DNA of 64,000 nucleotides. Origin: an uncultured Gemmatimonadales bacterium (lineage in GTDB: Bacteria > Gemmatimonadota > Gemmatimonadetes > Longimicrobiales > RSA9). Positions 43,265-53,055 of the stretch are shown here, one piece after another; the stretch's first letter is position 1; every line of letters begins with the position of its first letter. The notes beneath the pieces were generated by a model. It was not told where the DNA came from. It ran no database searches and worked only from the letters and a program-made list of their open reading frames with translations. The stretch is from the NCBI GenBank assembly GCA_963798085.1, contig CAWCRS010000005.1:64001-128000 (forward strand). The letters are read 5' to 3'. Position numbers and translations under genes: made by a program.

Positions 43265-44176
43265 TCAGTAGGCGAGGAGTGAGAAGTCCAGGCTCGCCAT
43301 GATCGAGGCTTTCACCTTCCAGCCGACATCGACCGGTCGATAAACTGCGTTGAACGCCCCGCTCGGGAAGGGTGCAAATACATGAACTCCGGCGCCCAGC
43401 CGGATGGCGCGCCAGAACCATGCGGCGCCCGGAGAGGGTCGATACACCAGCAGAACGGGATACGAAAAGCTCCAGAACGGCCTGATGTCGCCGGAGTAGT
43501 AGCTCATCGAAATGCCCGTCTCGACCGCGAAGTTGCGCTGGACGAGATACTCGACGGTCGGCCGAATGGATATGATGTTCGCGGCGGTCGAATCGGTGGT
43601 GTGATCCGTGGCGCCGAAAAAAGTCAGGCGGGCGCGCACGCCGCGCCCGGGATCCACGGCATCCGGATCGTGCGCGAGAACGTCGAGCGCGTCGAGCAAT
43701 TGCCGGGCATGGAATCGCGCCCGCGCCACCGCAATGCTGAGTTTTTCGAGTGCTGCAAGCTGCACCTGGCCGGTATCGGGCAGCTCACGGGCAATTCGGG
43801 CCAGTGCCGTACGTACGCGCTGCACGTCCCGCTCGCTGTAGGCAATGTCCCAGCGCAAAGTGGCGGCCTGCTGCATTGCGGCGGCGGCCCAGACCTGCAG
43901 CGTATCGAGATCGACGCGTACGGGACCGTCGAGGTGCAATCTTTCCCACGCGCGCAACGCACCCACGCGATCCAGCACGCGCTGGATCGCCATGGGGTCG
44001 AGTTTCAGGCCCGGCCGGTAGCCCACCGAGAAGGTGCCGCCGCCACCCACGAACTGCGGGCCGCTCAGCTTGTGGATCCAGTCGAAGAGCGGCCCTATCT
44101 GTGCGTTAGCCCGCACAGCGCTGGCCATGCACAGAGCGGCGACGATACCTGCCACGCGGAGCGCACCCATCATCAT
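43265..44176 (-). CDS. Secreted hypothetical protein
   Basis: GGAGGAGGG RBS; signal peptide; ATGA overlap with upstream kinase stop. Confidence 0.65.
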   Translation of the reverse strand: MMMGALRVAGIVAALCMASAVRANAQIGPLFDWIHKLSGPQFVGGGGTFSVGYRPGLKLDPMAIQRVLDRVGALRAWERLHLDGPVRVDLDTLQVWAAAAMQQAATLRWDIAYSERDVQRVRTALARIARELPDTGQVQLAALEKLSIAVARARFHARQLLDALDVLAHDPDAVDPGRGVRARLTFFGATDHTTDSTAANIISIRPTVEYLVQRNFAVETGISMSYYSGDIRPFWSFSYPVLLVYRPSPGAAWFWRAIRLGAGVHVFAPFPSGAFNAVYRPVDVGWKVKASIMASLDFSLLAY

Positions 44177-46038
44177 GGTGTCCCTCCTCCCGACGGTTCC
44201 GGACGGGTAACCGACAGACACTCGAGCTGTCCGCTGTCGAAGACGCCGGGCTCCTCGAACGGGTAGCCGGCAATGTGTTTGTGCTGCAGGCTGGCCGCAC
44301 GCTCCCTGGGCAGCACGAACGTGCTGCGGCGCACCGGATCGTAGACCACGAACTCCGAGTTAGTCTCCTTCAGGAGGTAGCCGCGCGCACCGTCCACCAG
44401 AACACGCTCCTTACCGGCTTCCCAGAGCACGCGCCAGGGAGTCGTCAGCGCCAGCAGCAGGAGCAGGATGAGCACTGCGCTTCCCCATTGCGCCAGCGCG
44501 TAGCGCCGGGCACCCTCCGGACGGTGCAGCGGCCGGAAAACGCCCAGCCAGCCTGCGCACACGACGCCGATCAGTAACTCCAGAGTTATCGCAAAGCTTC
44601 GGTGCAGCGCGCGGTGGCCACACGCCAGCACCTCCGTGTCGGCCGTGAAGAGAGGCACCAGCATGGACCAGAACAGCGTGAGGACGAGCCCGGAAAGAAC
44701 AATGGCGCCCGCGAAATAGAGGTCCGCGATGATGCCCGGGTCGATCGACGCTCCCCACTGGCTCAGCCGCTCCGCTCTCTGGCGCACCGCGCGTGTGATC
44801 TGCGCGGCAATGTGGGGCAGCAGGTGCCGCAGGACCGCCCGGGCCGCGCGCACCACGTACCACACGAGCAGCCCGGCGATCGCTGCGATACAGCAATCCA
44901 GCAGAACCGGAAACAGCGCCTGCGCTCCAACCACCACGAAATCGGAGCGCGTAGGCGTGTACTGCGCCGGAACACCGAGTTTAATGTCGAACGCCTTCGT
45001 GCTCAGGAAGCCGATGATGGTCAGCAGCAGGAGCACCGCAGTCGCCACGATCGCGCTGATGCCCAGCCGTCGGGCCGTGGAGAGCGGCGACGCCGGCCGG
45101 GGCGCGCGCGGCTGAGCGGTAGCATCCGCAGCCTCCGTCGGCGGTACGACCTGGCTCACTGCCCCCGTCGCCGGATGGGAGCCGCCGCTGCGCACACGCG
45201 CCCGCTCCGCCTCCGCCAGCGCGCGCGCAAATTCCGTCGCCAATGCATAGCGGTCGGCGGGCACGATGGCGAGCGACCGGAGCACCACACGCTCGACGTC
45301 CTCATCCACCGTCGCTCGCACCACGCGAAGTGACGGCACCGGTTCCACCGATTTGCGCGACATGACCGCCTGCGGCGTGGACCCGGTGAACGGCGGGTCG
45401 CCTGCCAGCATCTCGTACAACACGCAACCCAGCGAATAGACGTCGCTGCGTCCATCCAGCCGGCGCACGCCGCCGGCCTGCTCCGGGCTCATGTAGCGCG
45501 CCGTCCCCGGCACCAGGCCCGTCGACGTCAGCCGCTCCTGCGTGACCGCATCAATGGCAATGGCGATGCCGAAATCCATTACCACCGCGTGATTCGCCAG
45601 CAGCATCACGTTCTGCGGCTTGATGTCACGGTGGATCACGCCACGGGTGTGCGCGAAGCCCAATGCCTCCGCGATTTCGCGGCCGATGGCCAGTGCATCG
45701 TCGATCGCCATCTGGCCCTCGCGATCGAGACGGTCGCGCAGCGTTTCGCCTTCCACGTAGGGCATGACGAAGTAGCAGAAGTCGTCCGCCACGCCGGAAT
45801 CGTGCAGCGGCAGGATATTGGGATGCGTGAGCTGCGCGACCAGGTGGATCTCGCGCAGGAAGCGCTCGCGGCCGGCGGGCGTGCTGAACTCGGGGCGCAA
45901 CACCTTGAGCGCCACCTGCCGGCCGTGCTTCAGATCACGACCCAGGTAGACGCGCGCCATGCCTCCGGCACCCAGTTCGCGGTCGATGACGTAGCGACCG
46001 GCGAGAGCCGCGTTCACCCGCTCGGGGGAGTCTGCCAT
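44173..46038 (-). CDS. Hanks-type Ser/Thr protein kinase with multi-TM C-terminus
   Basis: GAGGMARVY, VALK, HRDIKPQN, DFG, YMSPEQ, SDVYSLG; about five hydrophobic segments. Confidence 0.92.
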   Translation of the reverse strand: MADSPERVNAALAGRYVIDRELGAGGMARVYLGRDLKHGRQVALKVLRPEFSTPAGRERFLREIHLVAQLTHPNILPLHDSGVADDFCYFVMPYVEGETLRDRLDREGQMAIDDALAIGREIAEALGFAHTRGVIHRDIKPQNVMLLANHAVVMDFGIAIAIDAVTQERLTSTGLVPGTARYMSPEQAGGVRRLDGRSDVYSLGCVLYEMLAGDPPFTGSTPQAVMSRKSVEPVPSLRVVRATVDEDVERVVLRSLAIVPADRYALATEFARALAEAERARVRSGGSHPATGAVSQVVPPTEAADATAQPRAPRPASPLSTARRLGISAIVATAVLLLLTIIGFLSTKAFDIKLGVPAQYTPTRSDFVVVGAQALFPVLLDCCIAAIAGLLVWYVVRAARAVLRHLLPHIAAQITRAVRQRAERLSQWGASIDPGIIADLYFAGAIVLSGLVLTLFWSMLVPLFTADTEVLACGHRALHRSFAITLELLIGVVCAGWLGVFRPLHRPEGARRYALAQWGSAVLILLLLLALTTPWRVLWEAGKERVLVDGARGYLLKETNSEFVVYDPVRRSTFVLPRERAASLQHKHIAGYPFEEPGVFDSGQLECLSVTRPEPSGGGTP

Positions 46039-46256
46039 GGAGGCCAAGATAGGCGCACCTCGGGAGACGGAGTAGAAGCGCGCTGATGCAGCACCGGCGG
46101 CCGGATTTCGGCGGCAGCATCGACCCGCACCGGGTGCATCGGTACAGACGGTCCGCGTTCGCGGTTTCCGGATGACAGGCACGTTGCCGGCGAGTGCGCG
46201 CAGCACCGTGACTGCGCAGCGCCCACCTTCGGTACCGTCGGTAATCTGTTGGGAAA

Positions 46257-46330
<74 letters not shown>

Positions 46331-46535
46331 CGACCGTGCTGACAGGATCGCAAAACTAACGCCCGCATGCACCTGCGGGCAACCGGCGCGGGCCCCGCCC
46401 ACGCCCTCCTGCGCCGCCTGTCCCGCGCTTCTCGAAACGCCCTCCTGCAACCGGCCGGAACTTGTGTCATGCGGGGACCGCTGCGCGTCGTTCCTTGTAC
46501 AACGAAGCGGTTCACATCCACGAAGCGAGGCTCTC

Positions 46536-47018
46536 ATGCGCCGCCCCTGGTCTTTCCGCATCCAGCCGCTTGCGCTGCTGCTCATGCTGATCGCTATCGC
46601 GGGCACGTCCTGCAGAGGGCTCGACGACGACAGCGGCGGCGAGCAGCAACGCCTGGATGCGAATCGTGCCCGCTGGCGCGATCAGCATGTCGACAGCTAC
46701 ACCTACGTCCTGACCCGCATCTGCTTCTGCGCGGACGCCAACAGGCCCGCGAGCGTAGTGGTACGCAATGGTCAGCGCATCTCGGTCACGGATGTCGCGT
46801 CCGGGCAGCCCGTGGTCGCCGGCCTCGCGCCCCTGTACCTGACCGTGGACGAGCTGTTCGACTTCATTGCCAACGCCATCGATCGCAAGGCGGCGAAGAT
46901 CGACGTACAGTACGACGCCACGCTCGGCTACCCCACCAGCATCGCCATCGACTACAGCGTCAATATCGCCGACGAGGAGATGTCCTTCAAAACAGCGGCG
47001 CTGCAGACACAGCGCTGA
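46536..47018 (+). CDS. Lipoprotein, DUF6174-like
   Basis: Lipobox-like GTSC; RARW...YTYVLTRICFC...TVDELF...YDATLGYP...DEE. Confidence 0.72.
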   Translation: MRRPWSFRIQPLALLLMLIAIAGTSCRGLDDDSGGEQQRLDANRARWRDQHVDSYTYVLTRICFCADANRPASVVVRNGQRISVTDVASGQPVVAGLAPLYLTVDELFDFIANAIDRKAAKIDVQYDATLGYPTSIAIDYSVNIADEEMSFKTAALQTQR

Positions 47019-47087
47019 TGTCAGCAGGCGACGAAGCGTCGGAGACTCTTCGTCGCCTGTCATCCGTGTTCTTCGATCTGACCGGGT

Positions 47088-47756
47088 TCAGTCCGCTCCG
47101 GGTTCCAGCGCCAGCAGATCCGTGAGTTGCTGCAGCAGATGATCGGGGCCGGCCGCACACAATGTGTCGTGGCCGAACGGACCCCAGAGTGCGCCCGCCG
47201 TGCGCACCCCCGCCGCGCGTCCCGCCTGCACGTCCACGGGCGCATCGCCCACGAACAGCACGCGCCGCCCATCCGCCAAATGCAGTCTCGCCATGGCCGT
47301 CAGCACAGGCTCGGGATCGGGTTTGCCGCGAAGCACGTCTTCCGGCGTGATGATGACGTCGAAGCAGTCGAGCAGACCGCAGGTGTTCAACGTGCGCAGC
47401 GTCATTTCGCGGTGCTTGCTCGTCACCAGTGCCAGCGGCACGCCGCCCTCGGCGTAGCGATCGAGCACTTCACGCGCGCCGGGATAGGGCCGCACCATCT
47501 GATCGTGCACCGTGCGCTGGAAAGCGCGATACGTCTCCTGCATGGCCAGAGCTTCGTGATCGGAGCGCGCGAAGCCCGCCAGCTGCGTGGGCAGCGGCGT
47601 GCCCATGCCTGCCAGCCACAACGCATCCGGCAATTCGTGACCCAGGTGCGTGCGCATCGTGTAGCGATAACAGCTGAGTATCAGCTCCACCGAATCGGCG
47701 AGCGTTCCATCCAGGTCGAACAGCAGTGCATCCCAGGCCGGCAGCATGGTTCCCAT
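47088..47756 (-). CDS. HAD-superfamily hydrolase (PpaX/phosphoglycolate phosphatase-like)
   Basis: FDLDGTLADS, VTSK, KPDP, VGDAPVD. Confidence 0.9.
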   Translation of the reverse strand: MGTMLPAWDALLFDLDGTLADSVELILSCYRYTMRTHLGHELPDALWLAGMGTPLPTQLAGFARSDHEALAMQETYRAFQRTVHDQMVRPYPGAREVLDRYAEGGVPLALVTSKHREMTLRTLNTCGLLDCFDVIITPEDVLRGKPDPEPVLTAMARLHLADGRRVLFVGDAPVDVQAGRAAGVRTAGALWGPFGHDTLCAAGPDHLLQQLTDLLALEPGAD

Positions 47757-47947
47757 CGTTGCGGTTTTCTGTCCCTGAGTCTCGGCTTCGCGCCCGTTGT
47801 GCTGCATCGCTGGGGCGTGACCGCAGCGTCTCGCTTCGACCGGCCGCTGCGGAACCCTGTCGGGAAATACCCCCATGTTCCCGTGGCGCCGCACCCCGTC
47901 TGGCGTACGGGGTACGTGAATGCCGTTTTTCCCCTGATGGACGACGC

Positions 47948-49490
47948 ATGAGCCTCGCATTCCAACAGGTAGTTGCCGCGTGGCGTGACACCGCGTCCAA
48001 TCCGGCGCGCACGGCCAAGATCGAACGGCTCGCTGCATGCCTGCGCGCCGCATCGCCCGCGGACGCCGCGACTGCCGCCGCCTGGCTGACGGGTGAACCC
48101 GCGCAGGGTCGCATGGGCGTGGGACCCGCCGCCATCTTTGCGGCTCGGGAAACGCCGGCCGCGGAGGAAGCCCGCCTCACCGTGCAGGAAGTCGACGCCG
48201 CGTTCGATCGCATCGCCGCGGCTCGCGGCGCCGGCTCGACGCGAGCGCGCGCGGAATCGCTGCAGCGGCTCTTTGGCGGCGCCACGCGGGACCAGCAGGA
48301 TTTCCTCACGCACCTGCTCATGGGCGAGCTGCGCCAGGGCGCGCTCGATGGCGTGATGGCGGACGCGATTGCGCGTGCCGCCGACGTGCCACCCGCGGCC
48401 GTGCGCCGCGCCCTGATGCTCGCCGGCAGTCTCGCCGAAGTAACGCGCACCGCCATGGAGCGTGGCGAAGCGGGGCTTGGCAGCTTCGCGCTGCGCCTGT
48501 TCCTGCCGCTGCGGCCCATGCTGGCGCAGACGGCGGCTGATCCCCGTGATGCACTCGAGCGCCTGGGCGAAGCCGCGTTCGAATACAAGCTCGATGGCGC
48601 GCGCATTCAGGTGCACCGCGCCGGCGACGACGTGCGCATCTATACGCGCAATCTCAACGACGTCACGGATTCGCTGCCTGACGTCGTCGCGGCCGTGCGC
48701 GCACTGCCGGCCGCAGAACTGATTCTCGATGGCGAAGCGATCGCCCTGCGCGCCGACGGTTCGCCGCTGCCCTTCCAGGTCACAATGCGCCGCTTCGGCC
48801 GCAAGCTCGACGTCGAGCGATTGCGCCAGGAGATTCCGCTGCGGTGCTGCTTCTTCGACTGCCTGCACATTGATGGGCAGCACACTGCTGCAGTTGCCTG
48901 CGGCCGAACGCTTCGCCGCGCTCGCAGGCACCGCGCCCGCGCCCATGGTGATTCCGCGCATGGTCACAGCAGTGGCGGAACAGGCGACAACGTTTCTGGA
49001 CGCAGCGCGCGCCGTCGGACACGAGGGTGTCGTCGCCAAGGCGCTGACGGCGCCTTACGATGCGGGCGCCCGCGGCGGCAGCTGGCTCAAGATCAAGCCC
49101 GCGCACACGCTCGACCTCGTCGTGCTCGCAGCCGAATGGGGTCACGGCCGACGCCGTGGCTGGCTCAGCAATCTGCACCTGGGCGCGCGCAATCCAGCGG
49201 GCGGTTTCGTCATGCTGGGCAAGACCTTCAAGGGACTCACCGACGCCATGCTCGAGTGGCAGACGCGCGCGCTGCTGGAGCGCGAAGTGGCGCGCAACGA
49301 CTACACTGTGTTCGTGCGCCCCGACCTGGTCGTGGAGGTGGCCTTCAACGAGGTGCAGGCCAGTCCGCGCTATCCCGGTGGTCTGGCGCTGCGCTTCGCG
49401 CGCGTCAAAGCCTACCGCCCCGACAAGGACGCCGCGGCTGCGGACTCCATCGACACGGTGCGCGCGCTGCACGGTCCGTCGCTCGAGTAG
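47948..49490 (+). CDS. ATP-dependent DNA ligase; frameshift near 48875
   Basis: [15 protein letters not shown] (adenylated Lys), LILDGE, FFDCL, EGVVAK, WLKIK, ALRFAR. Confidence 0.9.
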
Positions 49491-49551
49491 CGCAGGCGTT
49501 CGAACACATTGGCGGACTTGCCAGCGGACGCATCCAGTAACAGCCTTCGGA

Positions 49552-52500
49552 ATGCAGACGGAATCTGCGGTGCGCGATGCGGCCTCGATGGCGGGAACGG
49601 TGACGCTGCTGTTCAGCGACATTGAGGGCTCGACTCGTCTGCTGCAGAATCTGGGCGACGCGTACGCTGCCCTGCTGGCGAGGCACCATGAGATCATGCG
49701 CTCGGCCACCGCGCAGTGGCAGGGCCGCGTCGTCGATAATGCCGGGGACGGATTCTTCCTCGTCTTCCCCCGCGCTCGCGATGCGGTGCAGGCCGCGGCC
49801 GGGGTGCAGCGCGCTCTTGCGCAGCAGGCGTGGCCGGCGGGCGCGCGAGTGCGCGTGCGCATGGGCCTGCACACGGGAGAGCCGGCCGTCGGGGGCGGCG
49901 GCTACATCGGTCTCGACGTGCATCGCGCGGCCCGCATCTGCGGCGCTGCGGCCGGTGGCCAGGTACTGCTGAGCGCCACCACACGTCAGCTCGTGGATCC
50001 CGATCTGCCGGGCGGCATGACGCTGCGCGATGTGGGCCGTCACCGCCTCAAGGATCTGCGCGAACCGGAGCATCTCTTCCAGCTGCTGATCGACGGCGTG
50101 CCCTCCGAGTTTGCCGTCGTGGGCGGCGCGGCGGGCCTGCACAACTTCCCCGCGCCCGGCACGTCGCTCGTCGGCCGCGACCGCGAGATCCGCGAAGTCT
50201 GTGCGCTCTTGCGCCGCCATGATGTGCGTGCGCTCACGCTCACCGGCGCCGGCGGCACCGGCAAGACGCGCCTCGCCCTGGCAGCGGCGAGCCTGCTGAC
50301 CGATGACTTCCGCGATGGCGTCTGGTTCGTGCCGCTCGCCTCGCTGCGCGATCCCGCGCTCGTCGCGCCATCCATAGCTCGCGTGTTAGGTCTGACCGAG
50401 CACCCCGCGCGCTCCGCCGCCGACGTGCTCGCCGAGGAGCTGGCCAGCCAGCGCGCGCTGCTCGTGCTCGACAACTTCGAGCAGGTGAGTGGCGCCGCCA
50501 CCGTGGTGGCCGCTTTGCTGCAGCGCTGTCCGCAGCTGTGCGTGTTGACCACGAGCCGTGGCGTGCTGCACCTGAGCAGCGAACGCGAGTACCCGGTGGC
50601 GCCGCTCGCGTTGCCCGGGCGGGAGCGCTGGAGCAACACCACGGCGCTGCGCGCGGCGCCGGCTATCACGCTGTTTGTGCAGCGTGCGCGCAGTGTCCGC
50701 GGCGACTTCGAACTGGGGCCCGACAATGCGGCCGCCATTGCGGAAATATGCGCGCGTCTGGATGGGTTGCCGCTCGCCATCGAGCTGGCCGCTGCACGAA
50801 TCCGCCTCTTCTCCCCGCAGGCGCTGCTGGCCAGGCTGGGCCGCACCCTGGACGTGCTCAAGGGCGGCGCGCGCGACCTGCCCGAACGCCATCAGGCCCT
50901 GCGCCAGACCATCGCCTGGAGTCACGACCTGCTCTCGCCGCAGGAACAGGCGCTGTTCCGCCGTCTCTCCGTTTTCGTCGGCGGCTGCACCATCGAGACC
51001 GCCGAACGCATCGCCGGTGCGGCGGGCCCGCTTCCGCTCGACGTACTCGATGGCATCGCCGCACTCGTCGATCGCAGTCTGCTGCGACGCGAAGAGGAAG
51101 CCAGCGACGGCATACGCTTCTCCATGCTGGCCACCATTCGGGATTTCGGCCTGGAACAACTTGAGCAGGCGACAGAATCGCACGCCGCGCTCGCCGCCCA
51201 CGCCGCCAGCTTCCTCGCCCTCGCCGAGCAGGCGGCCGAACGATTGACGGGCCCGGAGGTGAGTCTCTGGCTGGACCGGCTGGAGGCAGAGCACGACAAC
51301 CTGCGCGCCGCGCTCGCGTGGGCCGTGACGGAGCACGATGCCGACACCGCGCTGCGCCTGGGTGCCGCGCTCTGGCGCTTCTGGGTGATCCGCGGACACA
51401 TGCATGAAGGAAAGGCGCAGCTGGCACGCGTGCTCGCTCTGCCCGGTGCAGCCACGCTCGGCAGGACGCGCGCGCAGGCGCTGTATGGACTGGGCACGAT
51501 CACCCACGAGATCAGCGACTACGCCCCGGCGCGCCCCATGCTCGAGGAATGTCTCGGACTGTGGCGCCAACTGGGCGATGCCCGCGGCGTAGCCAGCGCC
51601 ACCACAGCACTCGGCTGGGTCGACATGATGCTGAGCGATCTGGACAGCGCCGAGAGCCTCTCGAACGAGGCCCTCGCGCTGCACCGCGCGCAGGGTGACG
51701 AGCGCGGCGTCGCACTCGCGCTGAATCAGCTCGGCTGGGTCTGTATCTGGCGCGGTCGGCTGCACGAGGCCCGGCCGCTGCTCGCCGAAGGCCTGGCCTG
51801 CCGGCGTCGCCTCGGGGATCGCAGGGGCATTGCCTTCGCGCAGACCAACCTCGCGTTCGCTCTGACCGTCGCCGGTGAGTATGCGGAGGCGGCGCAGCTG
51901 CTCGAGGAAGCGATCGTCACCTTCACGATCCTCCGCGACACGCAGCTCATTGCCTGGTGCCTTTGCCGGCAGGGCGCTCTGGCGTGCGAGCGGGGCCAGC
52001 CCGAGCAGGCGGGCCACGTGCTCGAAGAGAGCCAGCGCCTGTGCCGCGAAGTGGGCAACAAGTACGGTCTGGCACTCAGTCTTCTGTACCTGAGCATCAG
52101 CCTGCTGGATCGCGGTCTGCCCGACGAAGCCGCGGGCCATCTGCAAACCAGTCTGGCGCTGCTCGACGAAACGAAGGCGCGCAGCGCGCACGCTCTGGCG
52201 CTTTGCGCGCTGGGACAGCTGGAGATTCGTGTGGGCCGTCTCACGGACGCGGCGAGGCATCTCGAGCAGAGCCTCGCCACGCGTCTCGAAGTCGCCGACT
52301 ACGTGGGCGCCGCCGAGTGCGCGGAGGCCGTCGCCGCACTCGCCGTCGAGCAGCAGGAATTTGCCGATGCGGACCTCCTGCTGGCTGCCGCGCACGGCCT
52401 GCGCACGGCCGGTGGAGGTCCCATCCCCGTGCGCCTGAGAGACGCAACGGATGCATTGCGCCTGCGCGTACGCGACGCGCGGCCGGATACGTCAGCCGCC

Positions 52501-52578
52501 AGTTCGCTGCAATCAGCCGGCGCTGCCATGGCGCAGGTGCGTGCGATCAGCCAGCGCGTGACTGCGCGTCTCGCCTGA
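49552..52578 (+). CDS. Class III adenylate/guanylate cyclase + STAND ATPase + TPR protein
   Basis: LLFSDIEGST, GDGF, RMGLHTG; LTLTGAGGTGKTRL, LLVLDNFE, LDGLPLAIELAAAR; TPR tail. Confidence 0.9.
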   Translation: MQTESAVRDAASMAGTVTLLFSDIEGSTRLLQNLGDAYAALLARHHEIMRSATAQWQGRVVDNAGDGFFLVFPRARDAVQAAAGVQRALAQQAWPAGARVRVRMGLHTGEPAVGGGGYIGLDVHRAARICGAAAGGQVLLSATTRQLVDPDLPGGMTLRDVGRHRLKDLREPEHLFQLLIDGVPSEFAVVGGAAGLHNFPAPGTSLVGRDREIREVCALLRRHDVRALTLTGAGGTGKTRLALAAASLLTDDFRDGVWFVPLASLRDPALVAPSIARVLGLTEHPARSAADVLAEELASQRALLVLDNFEQVSGAATVVAALLQRCPQLCVLTTSRGVLHLSSEREYPVAPLALPGRERWSNTTALRAAPAITLFVQRARSVRGDFELGPDNAAAIAEICARLDGLPLAIELAAARIRLFSPQALLARLGRTLDVLKGGARDLPERHQALRQTIAWSHDLLSPQEQALFRRLSVFVGGCTIETAERIAGAAGPLPLDVLDGIAALVDRSLLRREEEASDGIRFSMLATIRDFGLEQLEQATESHAALAAHAASFLALAEQAAERLTGPEVSLWLDRLEAEHDNLRAALAWAVTEHDADTALRLGAALWRFWVIRGHMHEGKAQLARVLALPGAATLGRTRAQALYGLGTITHEISDYAPARPMLEECLGLWRQLGDARGVASATTALGWVDMMLSDLDSAESLSNEALALHRAQGDERGVALALNQLGWVCIWRGRLHEARPLLAEGLACRRRLGDRRGIAFAQTNLAFALTVAGEYAEAAQLLEEAIVTFTILRDTQLIAWCLCRQGALACERGQPEQAGHVLEESQRLCREVGNKYGLALSLLYLSISLLDRGLPDEAAGHLQTSLALLDETKARSAHALALCALGQLEIRVGRLTDAARHLEQSLATRLEVADYVGAAECAEAVAALAVEQQEFADADLLLAAAHGLRTAGGGPIPVRLRDATDALRLRVRDARPDTSAASSLQSAGAAMAQVRAISQRVTARLA

Positions 52579-52599
52579 GCGCCGGGACCACACATGGCA

Positions 52600-52632
52600 G
52601 AAAAGAAGAGCCCCGCCGGTCGGGCGGGGCTC
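52600..52632 (-). terminator. Intrinsic terminator (for the acidic protein/typA; possibly bidirectional)
   Basis: Stem GAGCCCCGCC/GGCGGGGCTC followed on minus strand by TTCTTTT. Confidence 0.75.
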
Positions 52633-52706
52633 GCTGGCCGCACGCGGATCGGGCCGCCGGCAATTCGCCGAGGCGCTACCCGGGCGTTATCGCTCAACGG
52701 ACGCGA

Positions 52707-52919
52707 TCACTCCTCCTCTTCTTCCTCGGCTTCCCATTCCCCATCCTCCTCCTCATCCCATTCCTCGTCCCACTCTTCTTCTTCTTCCCAGTCCTCCTCG
52801 TCCTCCCAATCCTCGTCTTCGTCGTCCCAGTCCTCGTCCCATTCCTCTTCCTCAGCGTCGTCATCATATGCGAGGACGAGTTCTTCGAGGGAACCAGTGT
52901 CGATCCACGCGTCCGCCAT
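52707..52919 (-). CDS. 70-aa extremely acidic, Trp-spaced protein
   Basis: AAAGGAG RBS; MADAWIDTGSLEELVLAY then a D/E tract with periodic W; terminator downstream. Confidence 0.68.
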   Translation of the reverse strand: MADAWIDTGSLEELVLAYDDDAEEEEWDEDWDDEDEDWEDEEDWEEEEEWDEEWDEEEDGEWEAEEEEEE

Positions 52920-53055
52920 CGGTGGCTTTCTCCTTTGATTCAGGCGGTCCAGACAGGTAAGCCCGCACGGGCAACGGCGACGCGCGGTGCCCGGTGGCGC
53001 CAAGGTAAACGGCTCGCCCCGGGTGTCAAGAGTCATATTGGTGAGGCTTTTCAGG

